This document shows positions 5,776 to 14,476 of a stretch of DNA of 36,722 nt, one piece after another. Location: positions 1 through 36,722 of the forward strand of contig JAPKYG010000119.1 in NCBI GenBank assembly GCA_026394435.1, given 5' to 3'. The first letter of the stretch is position 1. Each line of letters opens with the position of its first letter. Origin of the DNA: Methanobacteriota archaeon (GTDB lineage Archaea > Thermoplasmatota > E2 > DHVEG-1). A model generated the notes under the pieces. The model searched no databases and had not been told where the DNA came from. It worked only from the letters and a program-made list of their open reading frames with translations. The position numbers and the translations under genes are program-made.

Positions 5776-6730
5776 CAGAAGAGATTTCGAGAAAATACAA
5801 CAAAAAACCGGTTTCAACCTTGATCTCTTAGAAAAAACATATCACCTCACTCGGGTCCTTAACGAGATGGAAAAGATCGAAGCTCTCTCAAAAAATCTCA
5901 CTCTGAAAGGCGGAACTGCACTCAATTTCCTCCATCTCGACATCCCCAGACTCTCCATCGATATCGACCTAAACTTTACTGGGTCTACTGAACACGAAGA
6001 CATGAAGACAACACGTCCCATCATTACACAATTGATACAAACTCTGGGTGGAAAGCTTGGGTATGACATAAAAGAAAAAGATTCATCATACATCATCTCA
6101 CGACACAACCTTCAATATACGACACTTAGAAACACAAAGGATCACATAAAGATCAAAATAAACTATCTCGATCGCATTCCGATTGACAAGATCAGAACAA
6201 AAAAGTTCCCATCGGTTTTTACAGATATCCCCCTATTCTCAGTACCGACATATTCGTTAGAGGAACTTACTGCACAAAAAATAAAAGCGTGTATAGAACG
6301 AACAGCACCAAGAGATATCTTCGATGTATCTTGCCTCTCACAACAAAACATCGCTATGACAAAGACAAGAAAATATACAGCGGTGTATTATTGTTTAATT
6401 GAAAAAGACAGAACAACAGATGTCGTAGAAAGAATAGAAGACTATGATCTAGAAAAAATACATCAAGAACTCAGACAATTTATACGAGGCAATGAACAGT
6501 TTGATGCAGAAAAAATACGAAAAAGTGCAACAGATTTCCTTAAGCAGATGTTATCATTTACAGTAAAAGAACAAAAATTTATTGATACGTTTCACAAAGA
6601 ACAAAAAATCGTTCCTGAACTGCTGTTCAAAGATAAACCTATACTTGCACATCATCCAGCTCTCATATATCAGCTGGAATTACTCAAAAAGGAACAAACC
6701 AGCGCACGAGAGAAGAAAAAAACTCTATGA
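5768..6730 (+). CDS. abiEii: AbiEii/AbiGii-family nucleotidyltransferase toxin (DUF1814)
   Basis: LKGGTALNFLH...RLSIDIDLNF matches the GGTAL / S.DLD nucleotidyltransferase signature of the family. 320 aa. Confidence 0.85.
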   Translation: MLNRRDFEKIQQKTGFNLDLLEKTYHLTRVLNEMEKIEALSKNLTLKGGTALNFLHLDIPRLSIDIDLNFTGSTEHEDMKTTRPIITQLIQTLGGKLGYDIKEKDSSYIISRHNLQYTTLRNTKDHIKIKINYLDRIPIDKIRTKKFPSVFTDIPLFSVPTYSLEELTAQKIKACIERTAPRDIFDVSCLSQQNIAMTKTRKYTAVYYCLIEKDRTTDVVERIEDYDLEKIHQELRQFIRGNEQFDAEKIRKSATDFLKQMLSFTVKEQKFIDTFHKEQKIVPELLFKDKPILAHHPALIYQLELLKKEQTSAREKKKTL

Positions 6731-6826
6731 GATAAGGAATTACTAAAAATTTTGTGAAAATTGAACGGAAACTTTTTCATATAAAGATGGATTAACGAAA
6801 GTGAATCATAGACGAGGGAGTGATAA

Positions 6827-7138
6827 ATGACCATTAAAGAAGGATATCTCTCAGATGATGGAACAGAAATTGACCAAACAACAGTACCCACACCCACCTT
6901 ATGCCTCTCCTGTCTGAAGAATAACGACGCCACAGAAGAAGTATCCTGCATGATAAACCGCATGGACCAGATGAAGGAGACAAAATCTGGAGAAAGGTTC
7001 CTTTGTTTCGCCTATGAACCAAATGACCCTTCGATAAACAAAAAAAAGGTACTTCAGGATATGGACAAGTGTTGGATGGAACAGAACCGAAAATACCTGG
7101 CGCAAAAAAAGAAAAGAATCGTAACAAAAAAACAATAA
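6827..7138 (+). CDS. Cys-rich small protein of unknown function
   Basis: A good SD sequence, GGGAGTGAT (6815-6823), lies 3 nt upstream of the ATG. A TATA-like tcatataaag is at 6777-6786. Cys pattern CLSC...C...FLCFAY, with a Lys-rich tail. I recall similar GYL.dDG.EI...P.P.LC..C...R.DQ...F.CFAYEP proteins but cannot name the family. Confidence 0.6.
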   Translation: MTIKEGYLSDDGTEIDQTTVPTPTLCLSCLKNNDATEEVSCMINRMDQMKETKSGERFLCFAYEPNDPSINKKKVLQDMDKCWMEQNRKYLAQKKKRIVTKKQ

Positions 7139-7234
7139 CTCCTGTATTAAAAAAAACAGAATCACCGGAAAAAGGATGTTAAACGGACGTGCAGAATAAG
7201 AACATATATCTTAGAGAAAAATCAGATTATACCA

Positions 7235-8485
7235 TCATATGAAATAATGCGGGACACAGCCAACTTTTGTATTTTCTATTTGTTTTACACAAAATTCTTT
7301 TTCTGTGAAAACTAACGCTCGTTTTGGCTTGTATGATTTAAGAAAACTATGAAAGCTTTTCCCTGGTTTTTTCTGACTTTTCACTTCTATAGGTACTACG
7401 CGTCTATCAACGTGTAAAATAAAATCAACTTCAGCTTTTCCTGTTGTACGCCAGTAATTGATTTTTCCCTCGAAGTTCTTTGCCAGTTCATTAAAAATAA
7501 AATTTTCTAGTATGATTCCTTTATCCATTCTGCTATCCAAAGGCAGAAAATTGTTGAGGATGGAATTTCTCAAACCAAGATCATTGAAATAGATTTTTCT
7601 TGCCTTTTTTAACTCCGTTGTCAAATTTTTATAATATGGTGAAAGAAGAGAAATGATAGACGTATTTGATAAAATCAATAAGTAATTTTCAATTGTTTTA
7701 AAATCCATATGCATCTCACTCATAATTGAGGAGATTTCAAGTAAGGAACCATTATTAAAACTGAGATAATTAAGTACATTTTTGAATTTTTCAAGATGCA
7801 TGATATTGAAAAAAAAGAACACGTCTTTTTCAAGATAGGTTCTGGTAAGATTTTTAAGTAATTCCATTTTTACTGCAGTATCTTCTTCTTTTACAATAGC
7901 AGGATATCCTCCAAAGAGGAGATATTCCTGCAGCAGGGATTTGAGTTCTTGTTGAAAAACAGGCTCAGTTTCAATTGTTTCTTCTTTTTCCATGAGAAAG
8001 TCTTGTACTGATTTTTTATAATCTATGAAGACCTTGTGGAGATCCTTTGCCCTCCATAGTAAAAATTCCTCGAAGTCAAGCGGTGGGAGTTCAAAGTACA
8101 CTGCTCTTCCCACGAGGTGTTTGCCGATTTCAACTTTTATATCAAAGGATCCGGAGCCAGTGACAAAGAGTTTTATTTTATCAGAAAACATATCGTAAAT
8201 AAGTTTTATGTTTTTCCCAGCATTCTTGCTGTATTGTGCTTCATCAATAAAAAGAAGGGATTTTTTGTTTTCAACATATCTTTTTACAAACTCTTTGGGA
8301 TTTTTTTCAAATCCTTGGAGCATTTCCTCGTCTTCAAGTGTTACGTAGTGCCCCCCGAGTTTCTCGTTTAGATGTAAAAATACTGTTGTTTTTCCGCTTT
8401 GTCTTGGTCCTTTTATGAGTATGGTTTCTTTTCTTTTTACCCATTTTTCTAGGTTTTCGTCTATTTTTCTGGGATAGTACTCCAT
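7235..8485 (-). CDS. AAA+ ATPase of the AAA_14/DUF4143 (COG1373) type
   Basis: Walker A is GPRQSGKTT and Walker B is LLFIDEAQ. The C-terminal region ends in a restriction-endonuclease-like ...GKAEVDFIL...PIEVKS segment typical of the family. 416 aa. Confidence 0.85.
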   Translation of the reverse strand: MEYYPRKIDENLEKWVKRKETILIKGPRQSGKTTVFLHLNEKLGGHYVTLEDEEMLQGFEKNPKEFVKRYVENKKSLLFIDEAQYSKNAGKNIKLIYDMFSDKIKLFVTGSGSFDIKVEIGKHLVGRAVYFELPPLDFEEFLLWRAKDLHKVFIDYKKSVQDFLMEKEETIETEPVFQQELKSLLQEYLLFGGYPAIVKEEDTAVKMELLKNLTRTYLEKDVFFFFNIMHLEKFKNVLNYLSFNNGSLLEISSIMSEMHMDFKTIENYLLILSNTSIISLLSPYYKNLTTELKKARKIYFNDLGLRNSILNNFLPLDSRMDKGIILENFIFNELAKNFEGKINYWRTTGKAEVDFILHVDRRVVPIEVKSQKKPGKSFHSFLKSYKPKRALVFTEKEFCVKQIENTKVGCVPHYFI

Positions 8486-8890
8486 GAATAATAGAATTAT
8501 CTATGGAGTTAATAACCTTTTCTCACCTAGGGTTAAAAAAATATCTCCTCATTTGAACGTAACACTGAAAATGTTTAGATGGGCTTGGTAGAAACCAATC
8601 CGGAATCAGGGATAGGAGAAAAAAAGGATTTTAATTCATTAAAAAAATTAGAAGTAACAGCTACTCGTCTTCATCCCAACGATACGACTGATCCCGATAT
8701 TTATCAGACACTTCTTTAATCCTTATGAGAGTTCCTTTTTTTGAGATTTTCACGAATTCAACCATCGTATCACCTGTTCAGGTAAGAGAACCTCTTCGCC
8801 ATGACACCATGAGGGGTTCATTACTGTTGAAACGCTTTCTTACCATATTGTAGTTGCTTTGCCAGTATTTAAATTTTTTCAAAAAAATAA

Positions 8891-9361
8891 TTATTGTCGT
8901 ATTCGTTCATTTTTCTTCTCTTGAAGTTCCGTAAATGAAACCGAAGACGCAATATCAGTTCCTTTTCCATCCAGCGAAGAGAAACCGTGATCGGTTCCCT
9001 TGAACGGCTCTCCAAGAGTTCCGATACCGGTTCCGGTTTTTTCGTTCACACGAGCGCTCCTCGCAACATCCAAAAACAACCCCTCTTCATCTAACACCTT
9101 CCGTCCCTGAATGTTTCCGGTAGACACTGTCTCGCCCTTCTGTTCTTTCAGCAGCGCAACAAGAGACACCATGCCAACCACACAGACAACCCAGATAAAA
9201 ACAAGAACAGCAATATCACCGTACTGTTCTCTATAGCGGTTCACCTGTATTGTTATTGATTTATTCTCGGAAAAAAAAGCCAACAAGGTTCGATACGTAA
9301 TCAAGAATAAACCACCGATACCGACAAGATACCCTGGTACAATAAGCAGTTTTTTCTTCAT
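8891..9361 (-). CDS. Hypothetical membrane protein (two predicted TM helices)
   Basis: ATG start. Hydrophobic segments are LLIVPGYLVGIGGLFLITY and IAVLVFIWVVCVVGMVSLVALL, followed by a hydrophilic tail. It is divergent from the surface-protein gene. Confidence 0.55.
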   Translation of the reverse strand: MKKKLLIVPGYLVGIGGLFLITYRTLLAFFSENKSITIQVNRYREQYGDIAVLVFIWVVCVVGMVSLVALLKEQKGETVSTGNIQGRKVLDEEGLFLDVARSARVNEKTGTGIGTLGEPFKGTDHGFSSLDGKGTDIASSVSFTELQEKKNERIRQ

Positions 9362-9582
9362 GGGATCCCCACCGGTGAATACCCTAAATATTATATAAAT
9401 TTCTTGTAAAAATACCTGTTTTTCTCCCCAAAGGACTCACATATTTTTATAAAAAATAAATATAAAAATAACCGAACAGAGCAGATACGAACTGTACAGA
9501 CCCTGGATAACAGTTGTACAACAGGAGCTTAATAAGCGAACAAACAAAACAAGAGAACAATAAGAAAAAGGACGGAGATACC

Positions 9583-11472
9583 ATGTCAAAAAATATATTC
9601 TTTGAAAGAAATAAGAATCGGTTCGTAAAAAAACCGGCTCTCTATGTAACCGCAGTCATCCTCATAGCAATATGTTTCGCACCGCTTGCGAGCTCCTGTG
9701 TACCACAACCGGGAATACAGCTCATCAAAACAGGTCCAACCTACGGCTATGTAGGAGAGGACATAACCTACACCTATAGCGTCAGCAACACAGAAAACAT
9801 GCCGCTCAGCGATGTTACAGTCACGGACGATTCCTGCGGACCGGTGAACTACGTCTGCGGTGATAAGAACCAAAACGGAAAACTAGACAATTCAGAGACC
9901 TGGCTCTTCACCTGCACCTACCCACCGAGTTTCACGTTCCCTGACCCCTTGACCAACACAGCAACCGCGTCCGGGACCTGGGGCGACCAGACTGCACAAG
10001 ACACAGACCCTTACACCCTGTACCCGTTCATCCTCCGCAAAAATGTTCTTCTCTACTGGGAAGGCGAGAATATTGACTACACAGACCCAGACACTCAATT
10101 CACCATGAGAATGTCACAAGGGGAAGAAAACCTTGACACGTTTCTCGTTAACGAATCTACCCCCGTCTATCTCTGGCTCAGCCAAGGAACCTACCACTTC
10201 ACTGAAGTAGACGTTCCCCAAGGATACATCTCCGCCTATGAAACCATCACGTTTTCCACCGGAGAAACCTACCCAGATTTCTCCCAGCTGAACATCATCA
10301 CCTTTGATCTCAGCATTGAAAAAACCGGGTTAGAGACCTGCTACCCCGACGATCAAATAACTTATAACTACACCGTCCGAAACAAGGGACCCGCAAGCGT
10401 CATCCCTGCCCTCCTGGATGACCTATGCGGTACTCCCGTCTATACCAGCGGAGACATCGATTCCGATGGACTGATTGATCCTTCTGAAACCTGGACCTAT
10501 GACGCAACCTATACCGTCAATACTGAACCAGGGAGCATCATCATAAACACCGTCACCGTCACTGACGCAGAAGGAGCGAACCGAGCTGCTGAACAATGGT
10601 GGCTCGGCGGAGACGTCAACCTCAGCAATAATGCCGCGAACTGGTCGGTCGCCGTCATTCCACAGCCCGAAGAACCGGAGGAGCCACAAGAACCCGAAGA
10701 GCCAGAAGAACCAGAGCAACCAGACGAACCAGAGGAACCAACAGAACCTGAAGAACCACAAGAACCAGAACAACCAGAAGAACCTCTACAACCCGCAACC
10801 ACCCGCTCACACTCCTACCACTATGGTGATATCGCACCCGTCGCGGATGCATCCGGCCCCTACAACGCCATGTACAACGAGGAAATCATATTCAACGGTT
10901 CACACAGCTACGACCCAGACGGAATCATCATACACTACGGCTGGTCATTCGGAGACGGAGAAACCACCAACGGTGAAAAAGTAACACATACCTATGCTGA
11001 CGCAGGGATATATCAAGTAATATTAACGGTCGTTGATAATCTCGGAGTCTCAGATACCGACGTGACGAATGCCAGCATCGTGATACCGAATAGACCGCCA
11101 GCAACTCCACTGATAGCAGGCCCAGTGAACGGAACGACAAACACAGAATACTCCTATGTATTCGGATCTACAGATACAGACAACGACGACATCACCTACA
11201 TCATCAACTGGGGCGACGGATCAACCTTCGAGACTGGATTCCTATCCAATGGGCAGTATTTCTCCCTGATTCACCGCTGGGATTCAAAAGGAGAGTATAC
11301 CATAACAGTGACTGCGTCAGATGGCGAATTCACAACATCATCTGAACTGGTAGTCACGATTCATGAGACGCTCATCGCAGACAACATCGCAATCATCGCC
11401 TTAGGCCTCTTAGCCCTAATCGTGTTGATAGCAATTCTGCTCTATTCCAAAACAAAAAAGAAAAATAAATAA
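9583..11472 (+). CDS. Cell-surface protein: signal anchor, two DUF11-like repeat domains, Pro/Glu-rich linker, two PKD domains, C-terminal TM anchor
   Basis: The ATG at 9583 is preceded by GGAGA, whereas the track start at 9514 is a TTG. DUF11-like segments: GEDITYTYSVSNTENMPLSDVTVTDD and DDQITYNYTVRNKG. PKD signatures: WSFGDGETT..HTY...GIYQVILTVVD and INWGDGST...GEYTITVTASDG. The C-terminus is IAIIALGLLALIVLIAILLY followed by KTKKKNK. Confidence 0.85.
   Translation: MSKNIFFERNKNRFVKKPALYVTAVILIAICFAPLASSCVPQPGIQLIKTGPTYGYVGEDITYTYSVSNTENMPLSDVTVTDDSCGPVNYVCGDKNQNGKLDNSETWLFTCTYPPSFTFPDPLTNTATASGTWGDQTAQDTDPYTLYPFILRKNVLLYWEGENIDYTDPDTQFTMRMSQGEENLDTFLVNESTPVYLWLSQGTYHFTEVDVPQGYISAYETITFSTGETYPDFSQLNIITFDLSIEKTGLETCYPDDQITYNYTVRNKGPASVIPALLDDLCGTPVYTSGDIDSDGLIDPSETWTYDATYTVNTEPGSIIINTVTVTDAEGANRAAEQWWLGGDVNLSNNAANWSVAVIPQPEEPEEPQEPEEPEEPEQPDEPEEPTEPEEPQEPEQPEEPLQPATTRSHSYHYGDIAPVADASGPYNAMYNEEIIFNGSHSYDPDGIIIHYGWSFGDGETTNGEKVTHTYADAGIYQVILTVVDNLGVSDTDVTNASIVIPNRPPATPLIAGPVNGTTNTEYSYVFGSTDTDNDDITYIINWGDGSTFETGFLSNGQYFSLIHRWDSKGEYTITVTASDGEFTTSSELVVTIHETLIADNIAIIALGLLALIVLIAILLYSKTKKKNK
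10666..10791 (+). repeat. Coding tandem repeat, 9-nt period (14 x Pro-Glu-Glu-like tripeptides)
   Basis: CCN-GAR-GAR-type units encode PEEPEEPQEPEEPEEPEQPDEPEEPTEPEEPQEPEQPEEP. They generate spurious ORFs in other frames and on the opposite strand. Confidence 0.9.
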
Positions 11473-11615
11473 ACCCCTCTGCTTCCCCCTCTTCTCTCTT
11501 TTTATTTTTATCATTTTCATCTGTTTTTTTAAAAAAAATTCCACCGACTTCATCCGTATTTCTCAAAAGCAAGAAAAAAGAAAAAAAAGGAACGAAACCG
11601 CACGTCCGTGAAGCA

Positions 11616-11852
11616 TTACGAGGTATGTTTCCCCCGCGGAGGAACTGGTTTCCGGGAATACTCTTGCGTTTCAGGAACCGGAGGTTCCTGTCCGATTCCC
11701 ACGACACAGACATCCAATACGCCCTTCTGACCAAGCTCCATAATCAGCTGATCAAACGGATCCTTCTTGTTCAAAACCTTCCTATACTTTACATCTGAGC
11801 CTTTCTGATGACTCTTTTCACCCACCACCATCTGAGGCATCTCCCTAGACAT
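11616..11852 (-). CDS. Hypothetical small protein
   Basis: A TATA-like ggttttataaacac on the minus strand sits just upstream of the ATG at 11852 (MSREMPQMVVGEK...). I recognise no domain. Confidence 0.35.
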   Translation of the reverse strand: MSREMPQMVVGEKSHQKGSDVKYRKVLNKKDPFDQLIMELGQKGVLDVCVVGIGQEPPVPETQEYSRKPVPPRGKHTS

Positions 11853-11920
11853 AAATAACGACAAAGTGTTTATAAAACCTTACATAAAAAAAAATGATGA
11901 AAAAAAGAAAAAAATGCGTT

Positions 11921-12265
11921 TTAGGGGTTAAACCATCCGCGGAATGACACAAAGATGTACATGTGTCCTATGAAACCGGTAAATGAGCTCGGTATTTCTA
12001 CGGGTTGCATTCTGAGGATCCCGTATGAGCGTTCCCCGGTAATACTAATCGTTGAATAGTGGAGTCGTATGGCGAAGAAATGATATGTTTTTCCACCGTC
12101 GGATGTTCGTTTGAACAACACAATTCCACGAACGGTCGTTCGACCCAACAGTCCACTAGTGGTCGTTTGTGGTTCTGAGGCAATAGTGGTTGCCAAGGCG
12201 GTGATAGGGAGTAAAGTTACCAGCAGCATAACGCTTACCATTATGCCTACGAGCTTTCTCTTCAT
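11921..12265 (-). CDS. Hypothetical secreted protein (N-terminal signal peptide)
   Basis: MKRKLVGIMVSVMLLVTLLPITALA is a signal-peptide-like N-terminus. 114 aa, no recognised domain. Confidence 0.5.
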   Translation of the reverse strand: MKRKLVGIMVSVMLLVTLLPITALATTIASEPQTTTSGLLGRTTVRGIVLFKRTSDGGKTYHFFAIRLHYSTISITGERSYGILRMQPVEIPSSFTGFIGHMYIFVSFRGWFNP

Positions 12266-12473
12266 GGTTCTGAATCACGTTCCATAATTTTATAATAGTA
12301 TTATAATTTACTGAATATATTAATCTTTCGTCATTACGGATTCCTCTGAGAAAAACGAAAAAACCAGGAGAAGAAATAAGATAAGAATCATCAGATATTC
12401 TCATCGTTCTTCCTCGTATGGTTTATCTCTGAACAGTAAAGATAAATAACTCGTGCCTCTTCCAGGTCCCCAT

Positions 12474-13352
12474 ATGAAGATTCAAACGGAATGTCTCCCC
12501 TGTTTATTGAAACGGATCCTCTTTGAAACAGAGCTTAGCACTAAAGAAAAGAAGCGCCAGACAAAAGCATTACGTACCGCATGCAAACTCCTCGCAGAAC
12601 ACTATGACCCTGAAGAATGCAGCGCTACCATTGCGACGAAGGTACACAAAGGCGTCTATGAAACATTACAGGACAAAGACCCATATACAGGGCTGAAACA
12701 CACCAGCAACCTCATCGCTACCTCACTGGTACCTACAATCGAAGGACTCATCAAAACCTCACCAGACCCCCTCAAGACCAGCTTGATCTGCTCAATCATC
12801 GGGAACATCATGGATTTCGGCATCGACGGTTCGAGTACCCATCCACAGATGCTCGAAGAAGTCTTTGACAGGCTTTACACTGAAGGACTCGGGTATGACG
12901 ACTATCAAAAACTCAGAAATCTTCTGAAAAACGCATCACATCTCGTGCTGTTTACCGATAACTGCGGGGAGATCGTGTTTGACAAAATCCTCTGCCGAGA
13001 ACTGAAACACTTCAACCCTACATTGCACATCACCGCGGTAGTCAAAGGCGAACCGATATTAAGTGACGCAACAGCAGAGGATGCCAAAGAAATAAAACTT
13101 CACGAGGTCATCGATGAGCTGTTTACCACCGGGTGTTTTGCGGTCGGCGTTGATTTCCACAAGCTCCCTGCCGAGGTAACATCAGCATTGAAACACGCGG
13201 ATGTGATCATCGCCAAGGGCATGGCTAACTATGAATCCTTTTCTGAAACGATCTTCAGACCTATTGCATATCTGCTCCGAACAAAATGCAATGCGATCGC
13301 ACGCTCGATGAACCTTCCTCGGAACATCAGTGCGATAAAACTCTACGAATAA
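12474..13352 (+). CDS. DUF89 / ARMT1-like damage-control phosphatase
   Basis: DNCGEIVFDKIL and KGMANYE match the DN.GE...D and KG.aNYE metal-site motifs of DUF89. The ATG at 12474 (MKIQTECLPCLLKR) is preferred over the track GTG at 12453. Confidence 0.85.
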   Translation: MKIQTECLPCLLKRILFETELSTKEKKRQTKALRTACKLLAEHYDPEECSATIATKVHKGVYETLQDKDPYTGLKHTSNLIATSLVPTIEGLIKTSPDPLKTSLICSIIGNIMDFGIDGSSTHPQMLEEVFDRLYTEGLGYDDYQKLRNLLKNASHLVLFTDNCGEIVFDKILCRELKHFNPTLHITAVVKGEPILSDATAEDAKEIKLHEVIDELFTTGCFAVGVDFHKLPAEVTSALKHADVIIAKGMANYESFSETIFRPIAYLLRTKCNAIARSMNLPRNISAIKLYE

Positions 13353-13562
13353 AAAACAAGAACCAAAATATCAATTTTTTTTGAACTCTACAGTCCAATC
13401 ATTTGTTCATTCTCGTTTTTCAGGCGTGCTTACCGGGCAGTGTCAAGACAGTCCTAGCAGTCGAGTCATTCCAAGAGCATCATGACTGTGGAGGGTAAAA
13501 TATCCCTTAAAAGCTCTATTATAAGGAAAAGTATTTATATTATTAAAAGAATAATTATAATT

Positions 13563-13703
13563 ATGGGTGAACTATTGGGGAAAAAAGAAGTCAAAGAGCT
13601 CTACAAAGATGCGATCGTCTTGCATTTACTCAGAGAGGGCTATAGCGAATACAGAGCAGAAGCTGAAGCACGCCGACGAATGATGCGCGATGACATGCTC
13701 TAA
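13563..13703 (+). CDS. Hypothetical small protein (46 aa)
   Basis: The internal ATG of track ORF 13482..13703 is preceded by AT-rich TATA-like sequence. A T-run follows the stop (gcttgcttttttta). No domain recognised. Confidence 0.3.
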   Translation: MGELLGKKEVKELYKDAIVLHLLREGYSEYRAEAEARRRMMRDDML

Positions 13704-13907
13704 TCGTGCTTGCTTTTTTTATAAAACACGATGATTCATTAGAGAAAAGAAGTCAGAGAAAATGGGAGGTAGGAAGGATCTGGAAGGGGTTTTAGGAGAG
13801 ATGGAAGGAAAAGGAAGTAAAAATAACTCCAGATCCTCTTAAGTTATACTTTGTCAAATGTTATATATAAACATTCTTAGTGAAAATGTCAGACTGGAAA
13901 AATACCA

Positions 13908-14417
13908 CTACCTTCGACAGAGCGCAAACGCCTTCTCCACCGCCTCTTCCGCAGAACCAGCAACATACAACCGGGACTCGGACGCTTTCATCAAATTCCC
14001 AGACGCCAACTCATCAACACACCCACCAGTACCGGCCACCAACACCACAGGTTTCTCAAAAATCATCGCAAACGAAATCTCACTTAACGTACCCCACCGA
14101 CCACCAATCCCAATCACCACATCCGCCGCAGACACCACCAAAAAATTCCGACGCAGCCCCAGACCCGTAGACAACGGGATACCAACAAACTCATTTGCCT
14201 CATCCTTCGAATCAGGCAACAACCCAACCGTTACCCCTTTCATTTCTTTGGCACCTTTACAGGCTGCCTGCATCACACCACCACGACCACCACAGACAAG
14301 CACACCACCACGCTGCGCAATCCCACGACCAACACGCTCCGCAACCTCTAACGCAACAGAAGACAAATGCACATCGTCACCATCACTCCCACATACCGCA
14401 ACAAAGGTTTGCATCAA
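13908..14417 (-). CDS. TIGR00725 / LOG-like (SLOG) family protein
   Basis: VCGGRGGVMQAACKGAKE...GVTVGLLP...TGLGLRRNFLVVSAADVVIGIGGRWGTLSEI matches the Rossmann-like motifs of the TIGR00725/LOG family. Confidence 0.8.
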   Translation of the reverse strand: MMQTFVAVCGSDGDDVHLSSVALEVAERVGRGIAQRGGVLVCGGRGGVMQAACKGAKEMKGVTVGLLPDSKDEANEFVGIPLSTGLGLRRNFLVVSAADVVIGIGGRWGTLSEISFAMIFEKPVVLVAGTGGCVDELASGNLMKASESRLYVAGSAEEAVEKAFALCRR

Positions 14418-14476
14418 CGCAGGCTATCGGCTCACCATTTTTAACGGTTTTCACACCACGAAAAACTATTGCTGAT

